Shown here: one piece after another, positions 62,505 to 64,000 of the stretch
Layout of the letters: each line of letters begins with the position of its first letter
Numbering within the stretch: position 1 is the first letter of the stretch
IMG/VR virus record: IMGVR_UViG_3300033066_001054
Length of the DNA: 64,000 bases
Reading direction: 5' to 3' (one strand)
From: a virus
Lineage: Duplodnaviria; Caudoviricetes
Translations under genes and position numbers: made by a program
The notes under the pieces: model-generated
Told to the model about the DNA's origin: nothing
The model's input: the letters and a program-made list of their open reading frames with translations, nothing else
The model's database searches: none

Positions 62505-64000
62505 ATGGCAAGAGTTTCAGTAGAACACAGATTCACCGGAACAACAGGCCCAATTGATAGTCTTTCAGCACCTACAGTTAGCGTTACAAACATCGGTGCC
62601 ACCGGTGCCACGACATATGGATATCGAGTATCGGCTATCAACAGTGTTGGGGAAACATTGGCCTCGAGTACGGTAACCACCGCGACGGGCAACTCGTCAT
62701 TGACAGGGTCTAACTACAACAGAATTAGCTGGACTAGGGTAATTGGCGCGACAGGATACAAGGTTTACGGACGAACTTCTGGTTCCGAGTTGCTTATGGC
62801 AACCGTTACAACAGCAAATCATTATGATGACACAGGCGCGGTAACGCCATCTGGGGCATTGCCAAGTACAAACACCACAGGGTATTCGTCGTCTAGAACA
62901 TCTATTGGCACCCTGATGCGACAACAAACTGGCACTGCCGATATTGATAAATGGGTTGGCCCATTCCCTGTTGGAATCAGTCGACCCATGGAAGGCAGCA
63001 CTCAGATTCCAGGCATTATGCCGCATGTTATTAGGTGGAGTGGTGATATTGATTGGATTTTCTTGGCCGATAACGCCACCGCAACGACAAGTCGTAGAAT
63101 AGTATTCTACACATACACTCGGTCAACTAATACACTTGCATGGGAGGGCTTTGTCACAATTACCCATCCAAGCGGCACCAACGCCACTATACGTGGATTT
63201 AGAATGGTGTACGACACCTACACTACTGGAACAGTGAGCGTGACCGGAACATCGGTAACCGGAAGTGGTTCAGCTTGGTCAACAAACAGAATTGCTGTTG
63301 GTAGTCGGATTGGATTTGGTTCAACAGACCCAAACTATATTACAAGATGGTATGAAATCTCGGCTATTGGTTCTGACACGGGTATAACACTCGCCGTAGC
63401 GGTTGACGCAAGCGTTGCCGCAAACACACCATATGTCATAGAAGAACTTAGAGTAGTTATGGCTCAAACCAATAACACCGCAACTTCTGGTGGTTTGTTC
63501 GTAGCAAAGGGATTAAGGCCAGAGTTGTTTATCACCTCTGGCACTGCAATTGCGGCTGCTACAACCACCGACAATCAAAGAGCGTGTTATTGGCTTGCAG
63601 ACGCCTCTACTGTTACAAATACAACCTCTCTGGGATTTGGTCTCCAGGCTAAGACCTCATATACAGCACAAAACGTATATGTTTTGGATGGAACATCTGC
63701 ATGTAAGGTGTTTGTTTACAATATCAGGGCGTCATTAACTGGTTTAGCGTCTGGAAAATCAACTTCTGCTCTGTCTTTCTCAACTGGAACACAAACGCTT
63801 ACTGGAACGGCCGGCCAGGTAAATAATGGAAGAATGGGCACGCTGTCTCATGGCCCGGGTTCAGGTATTGAGTGCCTATATTTCTGCACTGGTACTCGTG
63901 TGTATCGAGCCAAAATTACAGATATTGTCAGCGGTTCAACTGTATGGATTTCAGACTGTATGGTTGAGATACCTACGGGTAGCGCAAGTACATATGCCGC
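62505..64000 (+). CDS. tail fiber/virion protein with an N-terminal fibronectin-III-like domain, 3'-truncated
   Basis: Not in the ORF track because it has no stop in the window. MARVSVEHRFTG..TYGYRVSAINSVGETLAS..ISWTRVIGATGYKVYGR..YDDTG; later YTTGTVSVTGTSVTGSGSAW; T/G/S-rich. Confidence 0.75.
   Translation, partial: MARVSVEHRFTGTTGPIDSLSAPTVSVTNIGATGATTYGYRVSAINSVGETLASSTVTTATGNSSLTGSNYNRISWTRVIGATGYKVYGRTSGSELLMATVTTANHYDDTGAVTPSGALPSTNTTGYSSSRTSIGTLMRQQTGTADIDKWVGPFPVGISRPMEGSTQIPGIMPHVIRWSGDIDWIFLADNATATTSRRIVFYTYTRSTNTLAWEGFVTITHPSGTNATIRGFRMVYDTYTTGTVSVTGTSVTGSGSAWSTNRIAVGSRIGFGSTDPNYITRWYEISAIGSDTGITLAVAVDASVAANTPYVIEELRVVMAQTNNTATSGGLFVAKGLRPELFITSGTAIAAATTTDNQRACYWLADASTVTNTTSLGFGLQAKTSYTAQNVYVLDGTSACKVFVYNIRASLTGLASGKSTSALSFSTGTQTLTGTAGQVNNGRMGTLSHGPGSGIECLYFCTGTRVYRAKITDIVSGSTVWISDCMVEIPTGSASTYA

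Noticed and set aside
1-64000. tRNA, rRNA, CRISPR array, integrase or transposase
   Set aside because: None recognised. Intergenic gaps are short and show no cloverleaf or repeat-spacer pattern; tRNAscan or Infernal would be needed to exclude them formally.

Overview
This window is a segment of a large, probably jumbo, tailed dsDNA bacteriophage genome in the standard genetic code, almost entirely on the + strand. From 1 to 26.2 kb it encodes a bacterial-type replication, recombination and transcription module: a Ycf46-like AAA+ ATPase, DnaC-like loader, DnaB, split DnaG, DnaE, SSB, RecA, RecJ, SpoVS-like protein, class II RNR, DnaX, DnaN, a HolA-like protein and two or three sigma factors. 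From 26.3 to 57.7 kb is the packaging and head module: terminase, many probable internal head proteins including a 2539-aa giant, glf, a portal fused to a DUF559-like nuclease domain, prohead protease, scaffold, decoration protein and major capsid protein (MCP). The most striking feature is at 57.75-58.85 kb, just after the MCP terminator. Five overlapping, apparently translationally coupled mini-genes each carry a different 34-55 aa segment of the phage's own MCP, in shuffled order. Each segment is fused to a shared C-terminal helix motif (hydrophobic-x-[DEK]-Y-[MI]-[RK]-x-[WY]) that is absent from the MCP. A five-gene minus-strand accessory island follows, then the start of the tail/virion genes. 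Recurrent promoter-like motifs (AGGT-N18-TAA, TGCGATAA, leaderless -10 boxes) and shared virion-protein motifs are also visible. All calls come from motif recognition by eye; no database searches were run.
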